From positions 1 through 56,346 of IMG/VR virus record IMGVR_UViG_3300028733_000004: a stretch of DNA of 56,346 nt. One strand, 5' to 3'. This document shows positions 18,147-26,505 of this stretch, one piece after another. Each line of letters begins with the position of its first letter. Position 1 is the first letter of the stretch. Below the pieces are notes generated by a model, which worked only from the letters and a program-made list of their open reading frames with translations, was not told where the DNA came from and ran no database searches. The DNA is from a virus (lineage: Duplodnaviria > Caudoviricetes). A program made the translations under genes and the position numbers.

Positions 18147-18776
18147 ATGACTGATTTAAGTAAAGGTATTTTGATCTTCTGGTTGCTTGCAACACGTAAT
18201 TACGAAACAGCAATAGAAGGCATTGATTACGAAGTAAGAAACCCAAACGCAGCATGTCCGAATACGGATGGCAACCCTATAGATTTCACAGGTGCACCAG
18301 GAGCTGAAAATTATGAATGGCTTCTTAAACCGGACGGTGTCCATGTAGGTGTTGATTATCGTATCTATAAAGAAAATATTGCTCAACGACCTACTCAAAT
18401 AAAAGATGTTGAGTATCCTAATTATAGCATCTATTTAACTGAATATGGAGTTGTAAGACGTTCGAATGATGAATTAATTGCAGCTATCCGACAAATGGAA
18501 AGCAAGGCCAATTTATCAGTTCAGGGTGAAGCGGATAAGAACAAAATGGCAATGATGTCACCTGCTGTTTATATGGCACAGGCTCAAAATTTACCTCTAA
18601 CTACGGATTTGCAAACAGTGGCAGATAGACTTATTGAAGTGGCAAATAAAGCAAATCAGAATGCTGCAAATGCCCAATCTCTAATTTCAGTTGTAACAGC
18701 TGGTGGAATCCCGGATATTGATTCAGGATGGGAGTATGATAATATTACTCCACAAGGATTTCCTTTCAACTCATAA
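18147..18776 (+). CDS. Hypothetical protein (fibre-associated / chaperone-like)
   Basis: 209-aa ORF following the fibre gene. Confidence 0.65.
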   Translation: MTDLSKGILIFWLLATRNYETAIEGIDYEVRNPNAACPNTDGNPIDFTGAPGAENYEWLLKPDGVHVGVDYRIYKENIAQRPTQIKDVEYPNYSIYLTEYGVVRRSNDELIAAIRQMESKANLSVQGEADKNKMAMMSPAVYMAQAQNLPLTTDLQTVADRLIEVANKANQNAANAQSLISVVTAGGIPDIDSGWEYDNITPQGFPFNS

Positions 18777-18779
18777 GCT

Positions 18780-19601
18780 ATGTTTATTCATTCAGGCAAA
18801 CAATATATTGAAAGAAGTATGCATTTGATAGACCCATATAGATTTGTAGTTCCCTTGCCAATGCAATCTTTTGTAGCGCCAGTTGGATTCAACCCAGACA
18901 CACAAGAATTGAATATTGCTAAGTCCTATTTTGCCTACTCAGATGTGAATAAGAAGTATGTATTTAGTATTTCTTCTGGCTACCCAACAACTGTATTACC
19001 AGCTGTTTCTGGACGTTCATATGCATATTCAGAAAATGGTAGTACCCTATATACAGCAATAGGAAGTGGGACAGTTACGTGGACTATAGGAAGTGATAGA
19101 AGGGTTATAATTGTTATAGATTCAAGTGCAACTATACAAGCTAGTTTGCCTATGGGTGTGATTTGGGCGTATTTAGGTAATAAAGTAACATCTGTTATTG
19201 GTAATGGTACGACGGTAAAATATATACATTGCGAATCATTAAATTCCATTACATCAATACCACCATCCTCATTTTATTATGCTCAATCATTGACAGGTGT
19301 ATTGACTATCCCACCAACAATGACGGTTATTGGCTATCAATCATTTTATAATGCATGGTACATGACGAAAATAATAATCCCAAGCACTATTATAAGTATG
19401 GGAAATGATTGTTTTTCACAATTACCTGTTTTATCCGAAGTTGATTGTTATGCTATAAATCCTCCGTCGTTTACGTGGAATCCTGATTTTGTTGGTTCAC
19501 ATCCAACTGGACAAACTCTGCACGTTCCTGTAGGGAGATTGGCGGCATATAGAGCGGCAAATATTTGGAAAGATTTTATAAATATTATTGAGGATTTATA
19601 A
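18780..19601 (+). CDS. BspA-type leucine-rich repeat protein
   Basis: ITSIPPSSF, LTIPPTMTVIGYQSF and IIIPSTIISMGNDCF repeats; C-cap LHVPVGRLAAYRAANIWKDF. Confidence 0.88.
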   Translation: MFIHSGKQYIERSMHLIDPYRFVVPLPMQSFVAPVGFNPDTQELNIAKSYFAYSDVNKKYVFSISSGYPTTVLPAVSGRSYAYSENGSTLYTAIGSGTVTWTIGSDRRVIIVIDSSATIQASLPMGVIWAYLGNKVTSVIGNGTTVKYIHCESLNSITSIPPSSFYYAQSLTGVLTIPPTMTVIGYQSFYNAWYMTKIIIPSTIISMGNDCFSQLPVLSEVDCYAINPPSFTWNPDFVGSHPTGQTLHVPVGRLAAYRAANIWKDFINIIEDL

Positions 19602-19739
19602 GAAGTATTTTTATTTAACTCAGGAGGCGGGTAATTAAAAAAACCTCCATCGCCATTCACACGGCTCTCACGCCGTGCAAATATTTAAGGTGCAGACACA
19701 CCACGACAGAGGCTAAACTAAAAGCAAAAATAAACAGTA

Positions 19740-19922
19740 ATGAGGGAACCTTTTAAAAGTATGATTGTAAAAGGGCTAAAGAGATTAGCAGAAAAAATTG
19801 AAACTGGTTACTATAATGAACTAACAGATGACCAATATGACAAGTTAAGATCTGCTACACTATTATACCTAGAAGTCGAAATTGAACTAGAACAACAAAG
19901 ACATGGAACTACTAAGAATTGA
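19740..19922 (+). CDS. Small hypothetical protein
   Basis: 60-aa ORF overlapping the next gene. Confidence 0.55.
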   Translation: MREPFKSMIVKGLKRLAEKIETGYYNELTDDQYDKLRSATLLYLEVEIELEQQRHGTTKN

Positions 19923-20376
19923 TCTAACTTTCTTTCTAACAGTATTTGGTATTATATGTGGTGTACTTGGGGGTTCTGGTGGTTTAATCATTGCCCTTAT
20001 TTACCTACGTAAGAACCATAAACTAAAAGAACAGGAAATTATTATCAATACCCAAAGGATTCAAACTAGTGAAACTAAACCTCTGTATGACCTATTGGCC
20101 GAACTTCAGAAAGATAAAGAGATATCAGCTAAAGAAAAAGAATCCTATAGGTTAGAGATTGAAAATGGGCATAAAGCAAGGGAAGCTCTTGAGAAAAGGA
20201 TAAGCGATATAGAAGATAGGGAAAGAAAGAGGGAGATGTTACTCCTTGAAACTGAGAAGTCAAAATTAATCCTTGAAAGAGCAATAGGCTATGGTATACG
20301 CTGCACTACAGGTGAGGCAGATTGCCCAATACGTAGTGAACTAAAACAATTAAAATTAAGTTTATATGGCAAATGA
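19903..20376 (+). CDS. TM + coiled-coil lysis protein (holin-like or spanin-like)
   Basis: N-terminal hydrophobic segment, long coiled coil, C-terminal Cys pair; overlaps the endolysin start. Confidence 0.6.
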   Translation: MELLRIDLTFFLTVFGIICGVLGGSGGLIIALIYLRKNHKLKEQEIIINTQRIQTSETKPLYDLLAELQKDKEISAKEKESYRLEIENGHKAREALEKRISDIEDRERKREMLLLETEKSKLILERAIGYGIRCTTGEADCPIRSELKQLKLSLYGK

Positions 20377-20860
20377 CATTTTAAAACACTATGAGGGTTT
20401 ACATGATGGGGACCTTCACCAAATTGGGCTACAACCTAAAATGGATCCAGTAGGAATCTGGACTGAAGGTTGGGGAAGGGCAATGTTATACAAAGGCAAG
20501 TTTCTCAAAGGTTCAGCTAATGAAGCTATAGCCAATAAACTGGCAACCATCAAAACTATTGAACAGGCAGATGCTGCATTGGTATCAGACCTTAACCCAA
20601 TATGGGCTATCATTGCAAGGAAGATAACCATACTATTAACCCAGTTACAGAAAGAGACCCTTGCATCTCATATATATAATACGGGGGGTAGTAGTACACT
20701 ATACAACCTTATTAACTCTAGGTCACCAGAATTAGCTAATTGGTGGATGGCACATTACATTACTGGGCAAGGTAATCCAAAGCCACAACCTGGTCTAGTG
20801 TACCGGAGGAAAACAGAAGCATTATACTTTACTACGGGTGTTCTTAAATTCTACAACTAA
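20366..20860 (+). CDS. Endolysin, GH24 phage lysozyme
   Basis: HYEG...DPVGIWTEGWG catalytic E/D/T region; YNTG; GLVYRRKTE. Confidence 0.92.
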   Translation: MANDILKHYEGLHDGDLHQIGLQPKMDPVGIWTEGWGRAMLYKGKFLKGSANEAIANKLATIKTIEQADAALVSDLNPIWAIIARKITILLTQLQKETLASHIYNTGGSSTLYNLINSRSPELANWWMAHYITGQGNPKPQPGLVYRRKTEALYFTTGVLKFYN

Positions 20861-20878
20861 CCTTATTAATAAAAGGCT

Positions 20879-21571
20879 ATGAACTCACCAAAAGTAACAA
20901 TAAGGTTTGGAAACTCTAAGCCTTACCCGCAAATACCAAAAAATGTAGTACCTGACAATCCAATTATATTAGATGTTGATATACTAAGGGCAATTAGAGA
21001 TGAAAACCCCCAATCAACCCAATTAGCTACTCTCTTTGATGATAGTAAGGACCCATATACTGAGTGGTGGTCTAATAATAATGGTGCTATGTTTGGTTCA
21101 AATACAGAACTCCAGAACTTAGTTTACTTGGGTGTAATAAAAAATCTACCAAGTATCCTAGATCCCAAAAAGTGTTATTATTTAAAGCTTGCTAGTAAAA
21201 CATTAAATTCTTTAAATGTATCAGGACTAACTAACCTATTAATGATAGAGTGCAGCAATAATACAATTAGCACTTTAAACCTTAATGGACTAAACCTATT
21301 ACAAACTGTTAATTGTAACAATAACACCATAACCTCATTGAGTATGGATAAAGTATCAAATGATTTCAATCTTTTTGGTTGTGGTGGTAATAGCCTGAGT
21401 CCAAGTGGTATACAGCTACTATTTAGTACTATTGTAAAAACTAGTAATGAAGGGGGTTATATATACCTAGCTGATGGTACTAACTCACCTTACCCTATGT
21501 GGCCACAACAATCAATTGATGATTATAACCTTCTTATATCTAGGAACTGGGAAATTGTATATAATCCTTAA
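20879..21571 (+). CDS. Leucine-rich repeat (internalin-like) protein
   Basis: LNSLNVSGLTNLLMIECSNN and ISTLNLNGLNLLQTVNCNNN repeats. Confidence 0.8.
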   Translation: MNSPKVTIRFGNSKPYPQIPKNVVPDNPIILDVDILRAIRDENPQSTQLATLFDDSKDPYTEWWSNNNGAMFGSNTELQNLVYLGVIKNLPSILDPKKCYYLKLASKTLNSLNVSGLTNLLMIECSNNTISTLNLNGLNLLQTVNCNNNTITSLSMDKVSNDFNLFGCGGNSLSPSGIQLLFSTIVKTSNEGGYIYLADGTNSPYPMWPQQSIDDYNLLISRNWEIVYNP

Positions 21572-21583
21572 ACATAATATAAA

Positions 21584-21853
21584 ATGAAGAAACTAAAAAA
21601 ACTTTGGCTTAAACTTGTAGCTGACTTAAAGTCTGCTACACCTAAAATCTACAAGTGGATAATGGGCATCCTAATTGGTCTGGCTGGTATGGCAGTTACA
21701 ATATCCTATGCTTTTGATACTTTACCAGCAGCATGGCAAACATTAGTACCTGAGACAATATTAAAAGGACTTGCAGGACTTGCTCTACTTGGTGCTGTTC
21801 TGGCAAAGAAACAGAATATAAAGTCTACTGACCCACCAGCTACTATAGAGTAA
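21584..21853 (+). CDS. Putative holin (2 TM)
   Basis: 89 aa, basic N-terminus, two hydrophobic helices; near the lysozyme gene. Confidence 0.65.
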   Translation: MKKLKKLWLKLVADLKSATPKIYKWIMGILIGLAGMAVTISYAFDTLPAAWQTLVPETILKGLAGLALLGAVLAKKQNIKSTDPPATIE

Positions 21854-21887
21854 CCATACACAATACTAATTATATAAACTATATAGG

Positions 21888-22451
21888 ATGGCATCTAATA
21901 AGGTAAACATAAACATTCCCACTCCTACCATTGAGATTAAACTCGAAGGAGATTGGGCAAAAGCTGTAATGATGCCCCAGTTAGTTGTAAAATCAATTGC
22001 AGAAGGTTATGAGTTAGCAACAAGAGATTGTTCTAAAGATATCATAAGGATAGTAAAACAAGCTTTAAATACTGGCTTACCACCACCTGGTGCTCATTGG
22101 CCACCATTATCACCCACAACAATAAAGTCACATGGTAACCATACTGTATATAAAATGACTGGTTTTTATGAGAGGTCAATAGGTGTACATGTATATAAGG
22201 GCAGGGTACTAATTGGTATCCCCCTTAATATACGTGCTCCTGGGGGTTTAACTATAAATCAACTTGCTATCCTACTTGAACATGGTAGTACTAATAAGGG
22301 TGGGGGGGGTATACCACCAAGGCCCCTTTGGGCACCTTCATTAGAAGCCTATGGTGGTACTAAAAGAATAAAGAAGGTAGTTATACAAAATATAAAGAAC
22401 TGTATATTTAAAAATACGGGTATAAGCCCTAAACAACTCACAATTCAATAG
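21888..22451 (+). CDS. Neck / tail completion protein (virion morphogenesis family)
   Basis: WPPLSPTT, LEHGS and IPPRPLW motifs. Confidence 0.8.
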   Translation: MASNKVNINIPTPTIEIKLEGDWAKAVMMPQLVVKSIAEGYELATRDCSKDIIRIVKQALNTGLPPPGAHWPPLSPTTIKSHGNHTVYKMTGFYERSIGVHVYKGRVLIGIPLNIRAPGGLTINQLAILLEHGSTNKGGGGIPPRPLWAPSLEAYGGTKRIKKVVIQNIKNCIFKNTGISPKQLTIQ

Positions 22452-22453
22452 CC

Positions 22454-23125
22454 ATGGTAAATACCCAAGAGATCATAGAGAGATCCATATATTCTGCACT
22501 ACTATCAATTGCTATTAATCAAGGTTACTCTCTAGACCCAGCTAATTATTTGCCTGCAACACCACAATCAGCTATCACTTTTGAAAGTGATAAAAAAGCA
22601 CTACTAGACTCGGGAAAATCATTTGTTGGTATATATGGTGCAGGTAACAACCAATCAAGGGGAATAAAAGAGTGCCCAAGGATAACACTAGAACCTCAGG
22701 GTTTCTTTCCTGGTGATATAGGCTTCCCCAAACAACAAGTTGATAAAAGCGAAGATGGTTCATTTTTAGTAAGTGAGTCAAACTATACTGAATCTGTTGA
22801 TCAGTTGGTAAATATCCACTTAACTGCTAACAATATATCCGATATGAGGTTATTACATAACATATTAAACTCATCAATTCCTCAGAGGGGTTATATAAAA
22901 CCCTATATATATGATTTAAAACCTTTTGATGGGAATATATACATACAACTATCAAACTTCTTTTCACTGCCTGATACTGATAAGGGTATAATGGAAAAAG
23001 TATACCAATTCATGGTTAAGGATACAATTTTAAATGAGTTATTCATACCAACTGGTGAAATTATATCTCCTATAAAAGACATATCATTGCTACTAAGTGA
23101 AATTGAGTTACTTAAAATAAACTAA
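22454..23125 (+). CDS. Putative tail terminator protein
   Basis: Position immediately before the sheath gene. Confidence 0.55.
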   Translation: MVNTQEIIERSIYSALLSIAINQGYSLDPANYLPATPQSAITFESDKKALLDSGKSFVGIYGAGNNQSRGIKECPRITLEPQGFFPGDIGFPKQQVDKSEDGSFLVSESNYTESVDQLVNIHLTANNISDMRLLHNILNSSIPQRGYIKPYIYDLKPFDGNIYIQLSNFFSLPDTDKGIMEKVYQFMVKDTILNELFIPTGEIISPIKDISLLLSEIELLKIN

Positions 23126-23155
23126 TAATTATCAACTTAATAAATTAAAAAACGT

Positions 23156-25012
23156 ATGCCCAATTCACCTAATGTAAAGATTGGCTTTGAAAACCAAAAT
23201 GTCCAAACCAGTGCACCATCCTTAGGTGTATCTCATGTATTGGCAAGGACTACCAAGGGCTCATTCAATGACCCTAGTAAACTAATAAGAAATATATCTC
23301 AGTTCAGAGATGTATATGGTAGTGAGATAGTACCTGATGGGACAATATCTAATATTGAAAAAGCCCTATCGGGTGGTTCCACATTACGTATTTGCCGTGT
23401 ACCTGGGGGAGGTATAGAAAAAGCAGTTGCTTTATCTGCAGTCTATGATGAGGCAGATGGTGTAGTATATACTGATTCATTAACAGTGGTTACTGATGAT
23501 ATTGGAGACAGCTTCAAAATAGTTATCACAATGGGTGATTCTAGGTTAATTGAACCAATAAATAAGACAGTATTTACACTTGAAGTTGCAATGCGTACTA
23601 AAGAGTACACTGACTACCCCAACAAACTTATTAAGGTAAAACTTAATACCAATGGCCTTTTAGTTGTAGAACTTTACAGTAATGTATACCGGTACACAGA
23701 TGTAAATCCAACTAACCTAGTAGAGTCTATACCTGTAATGTTACTAAAAACTGTTGATGTAGCAGGTAAATATGTAATAACTGATGTTGATACATCCCGC
23801 TTTAGTAGCTTATTGAACAATCAATCAAGTACAAACTTAGAATTTGTAATTGGTGCATTAACTAAATCCACTACAACTGTAGGTACTGTAGATACTGTTA
23901 CACCACTTACAACTGTAACGGGTTTACTTAACTATATTGACCATAATAGAGATAGGTTTAAATATGGTACTGCTGATACAATTGGATATGGTAATGAGGA
24001 CAACACTGGCTCTGTATTTACTGAAGGCTTGATCTACTTATTCGACGGTGGTAATACTGGTATTGCATCCACACCTGAAGATTGGATAGCCTCTATTGAA
24101 TACTTAAGGGATTATGTAGATGCATATCAGATAACTTGTTCACACTTGAGCCAGCACCTTATTGAAGCTGATGCAAAAGAAGTACATATTGCAATGGCCA
24201 ACTTTGTAAATGAAGTAGAAGAATTAGTGTATTATATTGACATACCAAAATATAAAACTCCTGGTACCCCAATGGTATACAGTGAACTCATCGCTTGGGT
24301 AATTGATATGGTTACAACAATTGGGCATTCAAAATATGTAGCTTACTTTGGTGGGGGTTACAAGTATTACAACTCAACTGGGGTTTTAAAAAACTGCGAT
24401 AATATTGGAACCATACTAGGCTTAGGTGATGCCTGTGCAACTGCTTTTGGCCCTTGGTACCATTTCTCAGGAGTAAACCGGGGTTTAGTAACTGAATCTG
24501 TTGGTCCAGTTTCACCAAACTATGGTTCACCTTCAAACTACAATAAATTAAATGAGATAGCTAATGCTTATATTAATATGTCTGTAGTTAAGGATACCAG
24601 GAGTATGGGAAAACAAACTATGTTATTCCATAACTTTACTTCTCAAGTATTGGACAATTCTGAAAAATTCTTGGGTATAGTAAGGTTAAACTTATACCTA
24701 AAGAAACTGTTGCGACCAATCCTAGAGTCTTATATTGAAGAGCCTAATACTTTCTCCACTTGGAATAGTTTATACTACATTGTTAAACCACTCCTTGATA
24801 AACTGGTTGGTTCAGCAATGGTTAGCTATACTTGGTATGGAGATCAATTTGCAACCTCTTTTAAAGACATGGAAGTTAACAAAGAGGCTGATGTAAGGGT
24901 AGGTAAATACCTAGCTAAACTATCCTACATAGATATAGTTGCTATGCAAGAAATTGTACTAAGTGTTACTATAGATGCTGTTGCTGGTTCTGTAACTATT
25001 TCAAAAACCTAA
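23156..25012 (+). CDS. Tail sheath protein
   Basis: N-terminal MPNSPNV...; GPWYHFSGVNRG; VRLNLYLKK...EEPN C-terminal sheath domain. Confidence 0.92.
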   Translation: MPNSPNVKIGFENQNVQTSAPSLGVSHVLARTTKGSFNDPSKLIRNISQFRDVYGSEIVPDGTISNIEKALSGGSTLRICRVPGGGIEKAVALSAVYDEADGVVYTDSLTVVTDDIGDSFKIVITMGDSRLIEPINKTVFTLEVAMRTKEYTDYPNKLIKVKLNTNGLLVVELYSNVYRYTDVNPTNLVESIPVMLLKTVDVAGKYVITDVDTSRFSSLLNNQSSTNLEFVIGALTKSTTTVGTVDTVTPLTTVTGLLNYIDHNRDRFKYGTADTIGYGNEDNTGSVFTEGLIYLFDGGNTGIASTPEDWIASIEYLRDYVDAYQITCSHLSQHLIEADAKEVHIAMANFVNEVEELVYYIDIPKYKTPGTPMVYSELIAWVIDMVTTIGHSKYVAYFGGGYKYYNSTGVLKNCDNIGTILGLGDACATAFGPWYHFSGVNRGLVTESVGPVSPNYGSPSNYNKLNEIANAYINMSVVKDTRSMGKQTMLFHNFTSQVLDNSEKFLGIVRLNLYLKKLLRPILESYIEEPNTFSTWNSLYYIVKPLLDKLVGSAMVSYTWYGDQFATSFKDMEVNKEADVRVGKYLAKLSYIDIVAMQEIVLSVTIDAVAGSVTISKT

Positions 25013-25027
25013 TTAAATTAATAACAC

Positions 25028-25489
25028 ATGGCTAAAATAAAAAATCCTAGGAAGAAATTCCTATGGGCGATAACATTTATCAATCACCCAATAAACACTT
25101 ACCTATTTCAAAAGGTAAACCTTCCTGAAAAATCGCTGGAGCAAACTGAACATGCGGATGTAAACCGAGATGTAAAGACTGCTGGCCGTGCAAAAATTGG
25201 TAACATGACTGCTGAGAAACTGGAGACAACTTCTGGTTCTGATACTTGGTTATGGGATTGGATGCAAAGTATCCAGGACACAAAACTTGGTGGTGGCTTA
25301 ACCCCAGAACAATATTGGGAAACTGTAAAGGTAGATGAACTTGCAGAAGATGGGGTATCAGTTTTAAATACCTGGATCCTTGAAGAAGTCTGGCCATTAA
25401 AACTAAATGGCCATGAATGCGAAAGAAAAAGTTCAGACAATACAATTGAAACTATTGAATTTTCAGTAGGTGACTTAGATAAACTTTAA
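25028..25489 (+). CDS. Tail tube protein (T4 gp19-like)
   Basis: KTAGRAKIGNMT, LWDWM, WILEEVWP, IETIEFS. Confidence 0.9.
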   Translation: MAKIKNPRKKFLWAITFINHPINTYLFQKVNLPEKSLEQTEHADVNRDVKTAGRAKIGNMTAEKLETTSGSDTWLWDWMQSIQDTKLGGGLTPEQYWETVKVDELAEDGVSVLNTWILEEVWPLKLNGHECERKSSDNTIETIEFSVGDLDKL

Positions 25490-25502
25490 TATATCCAGCA
25501 TT

Positions 25503-25535
25503 AAAAGGTATGGCTCCAAAAGGGTCATACCTTTT
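25503..25535 (+). terminator. Intrinsic terminator
   Basis: AAAAGGTATGGCTC...GGGTCATACCTTTT. Confidence 0.8.
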
Positions 25536-25571
25536 ATAGTTTTATAAACATCAACAACAACAAACAACACA

Positions 25572-26342
25572 ATGGAAACAACACAACCACAAACAAGAAC
25601 ATTTGAATTTATTGCTCCTTCGGGGCACAGTTACACTATCAGGGAACAAAATGGTGAGGATGATGATATCCTATCAAACCCAGTAAGGGCAAAAACTTTA
25701 CAGAATCTATCAGACTTTGCATCGGGTTTAATTGTAACTAACACACGTAATAGTGGAAGACTTACTTCTGATGAAATACAAGAACTCCCCGCTTTAGACA
25801 GGTATGTAATACTATTCAACTCTAGGGTATTTTCAATTGGCAAAGATGTTGATTTTGAATTTGATTGGGGGAAAGAGAATGGTGGTATAGCTCAATATGA
25901 AGTAGATTTAAATGACTTCCTATTCGATTACAGTTCTGTACCAACTGAAGAAGTATTAAACAGTAAACCTAATGCTGTACCATTCTACCCAGCACCTGAA
26001 AAAGAAAAGGGCATAGAAATAAACCTTACATCTGGCAAGGTTGTATCATTTGACTTACTATCAGGTACTGGTGAAACCTATATGGTATCCTTACCAATTA
26101 AAACAAAGAACTCTGAATTAAAGGCTCGTAACCTTAAATTGAGTGTACAGGGTAAATTTGAAGTAGTAGAAAACTTCAGGTTATTCTCAGTAAAGGATAT
26201 GATGGAAATCAGGGCAAAAGTAAATGAGTATGACCCTATATTTGCGGGACAAACAGATATTGAGAATCCCCATAAAAGTGATCAGAAAACTATAATCAAT
26301 GTAGTTGCTATACCAGGTTTTTTCTATCCGGGGGAGATTTAA
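25572..26342 (+). CDS. Tail assembly chaperone / T4 gp26-like hub assembly protein
   Basis: Between tube and tape measure; ends PGFFYP. Confidence 0.75.
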   Translation: METTQPQTRTFEFIAPSGHSYTIREQNGEDDDILSNPVRAKTLQNLSDFASGLIVTNTRNSGRLTSDEIQELPALDRYVILFNSRVFSIGKDVDFEFDWGKENGGIAQYEVDLNDFLFDYSSVPTEEVLNSKPNAVPFYPAPEKEKGIEINLTSGKVVSFDLLSGTGETYMVSLPIKTKNSELKARNLKLSVQGKFEVVENFRLFSVKDMMEIRAKVNEYDPIFAGQTDIENPHKSDQKTIINVVAIPGFFYPGEI

Positions 26343-26494
26343 TTAGTGACTTCGCTTATGTAACAAGGTCTAAGATATACATAGACTTTGTTACATTTAG
26401 TAAACTCCCCCTAAGATTAAAAAAAAGATTCACTGAGGATGCTGAAGGGTACTTTAAAGAGATAAATAAGAATATTCCTAACATACCTACCTAA
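26318..26494 (+). other. -1 programmed frameshift site and extension of tail chaperone (gpG/gpGT-like)
   Basis: In-frame slippery heptamer T TTT TTC at 26318-26324; -1 frame open 57 codons to TAA 26492-26494, ending 11 nt before the tape measure ATG. Confidence 0.75.
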
Positions 26495-26505
26495 AAACAA
26501 ATAAT

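Noticed and set aside
18780-19720. Possible diversity-generating retroelement target with hairpin
   Set aside because: No reverse transcriptase and no template/variable repeat pair seen in the window
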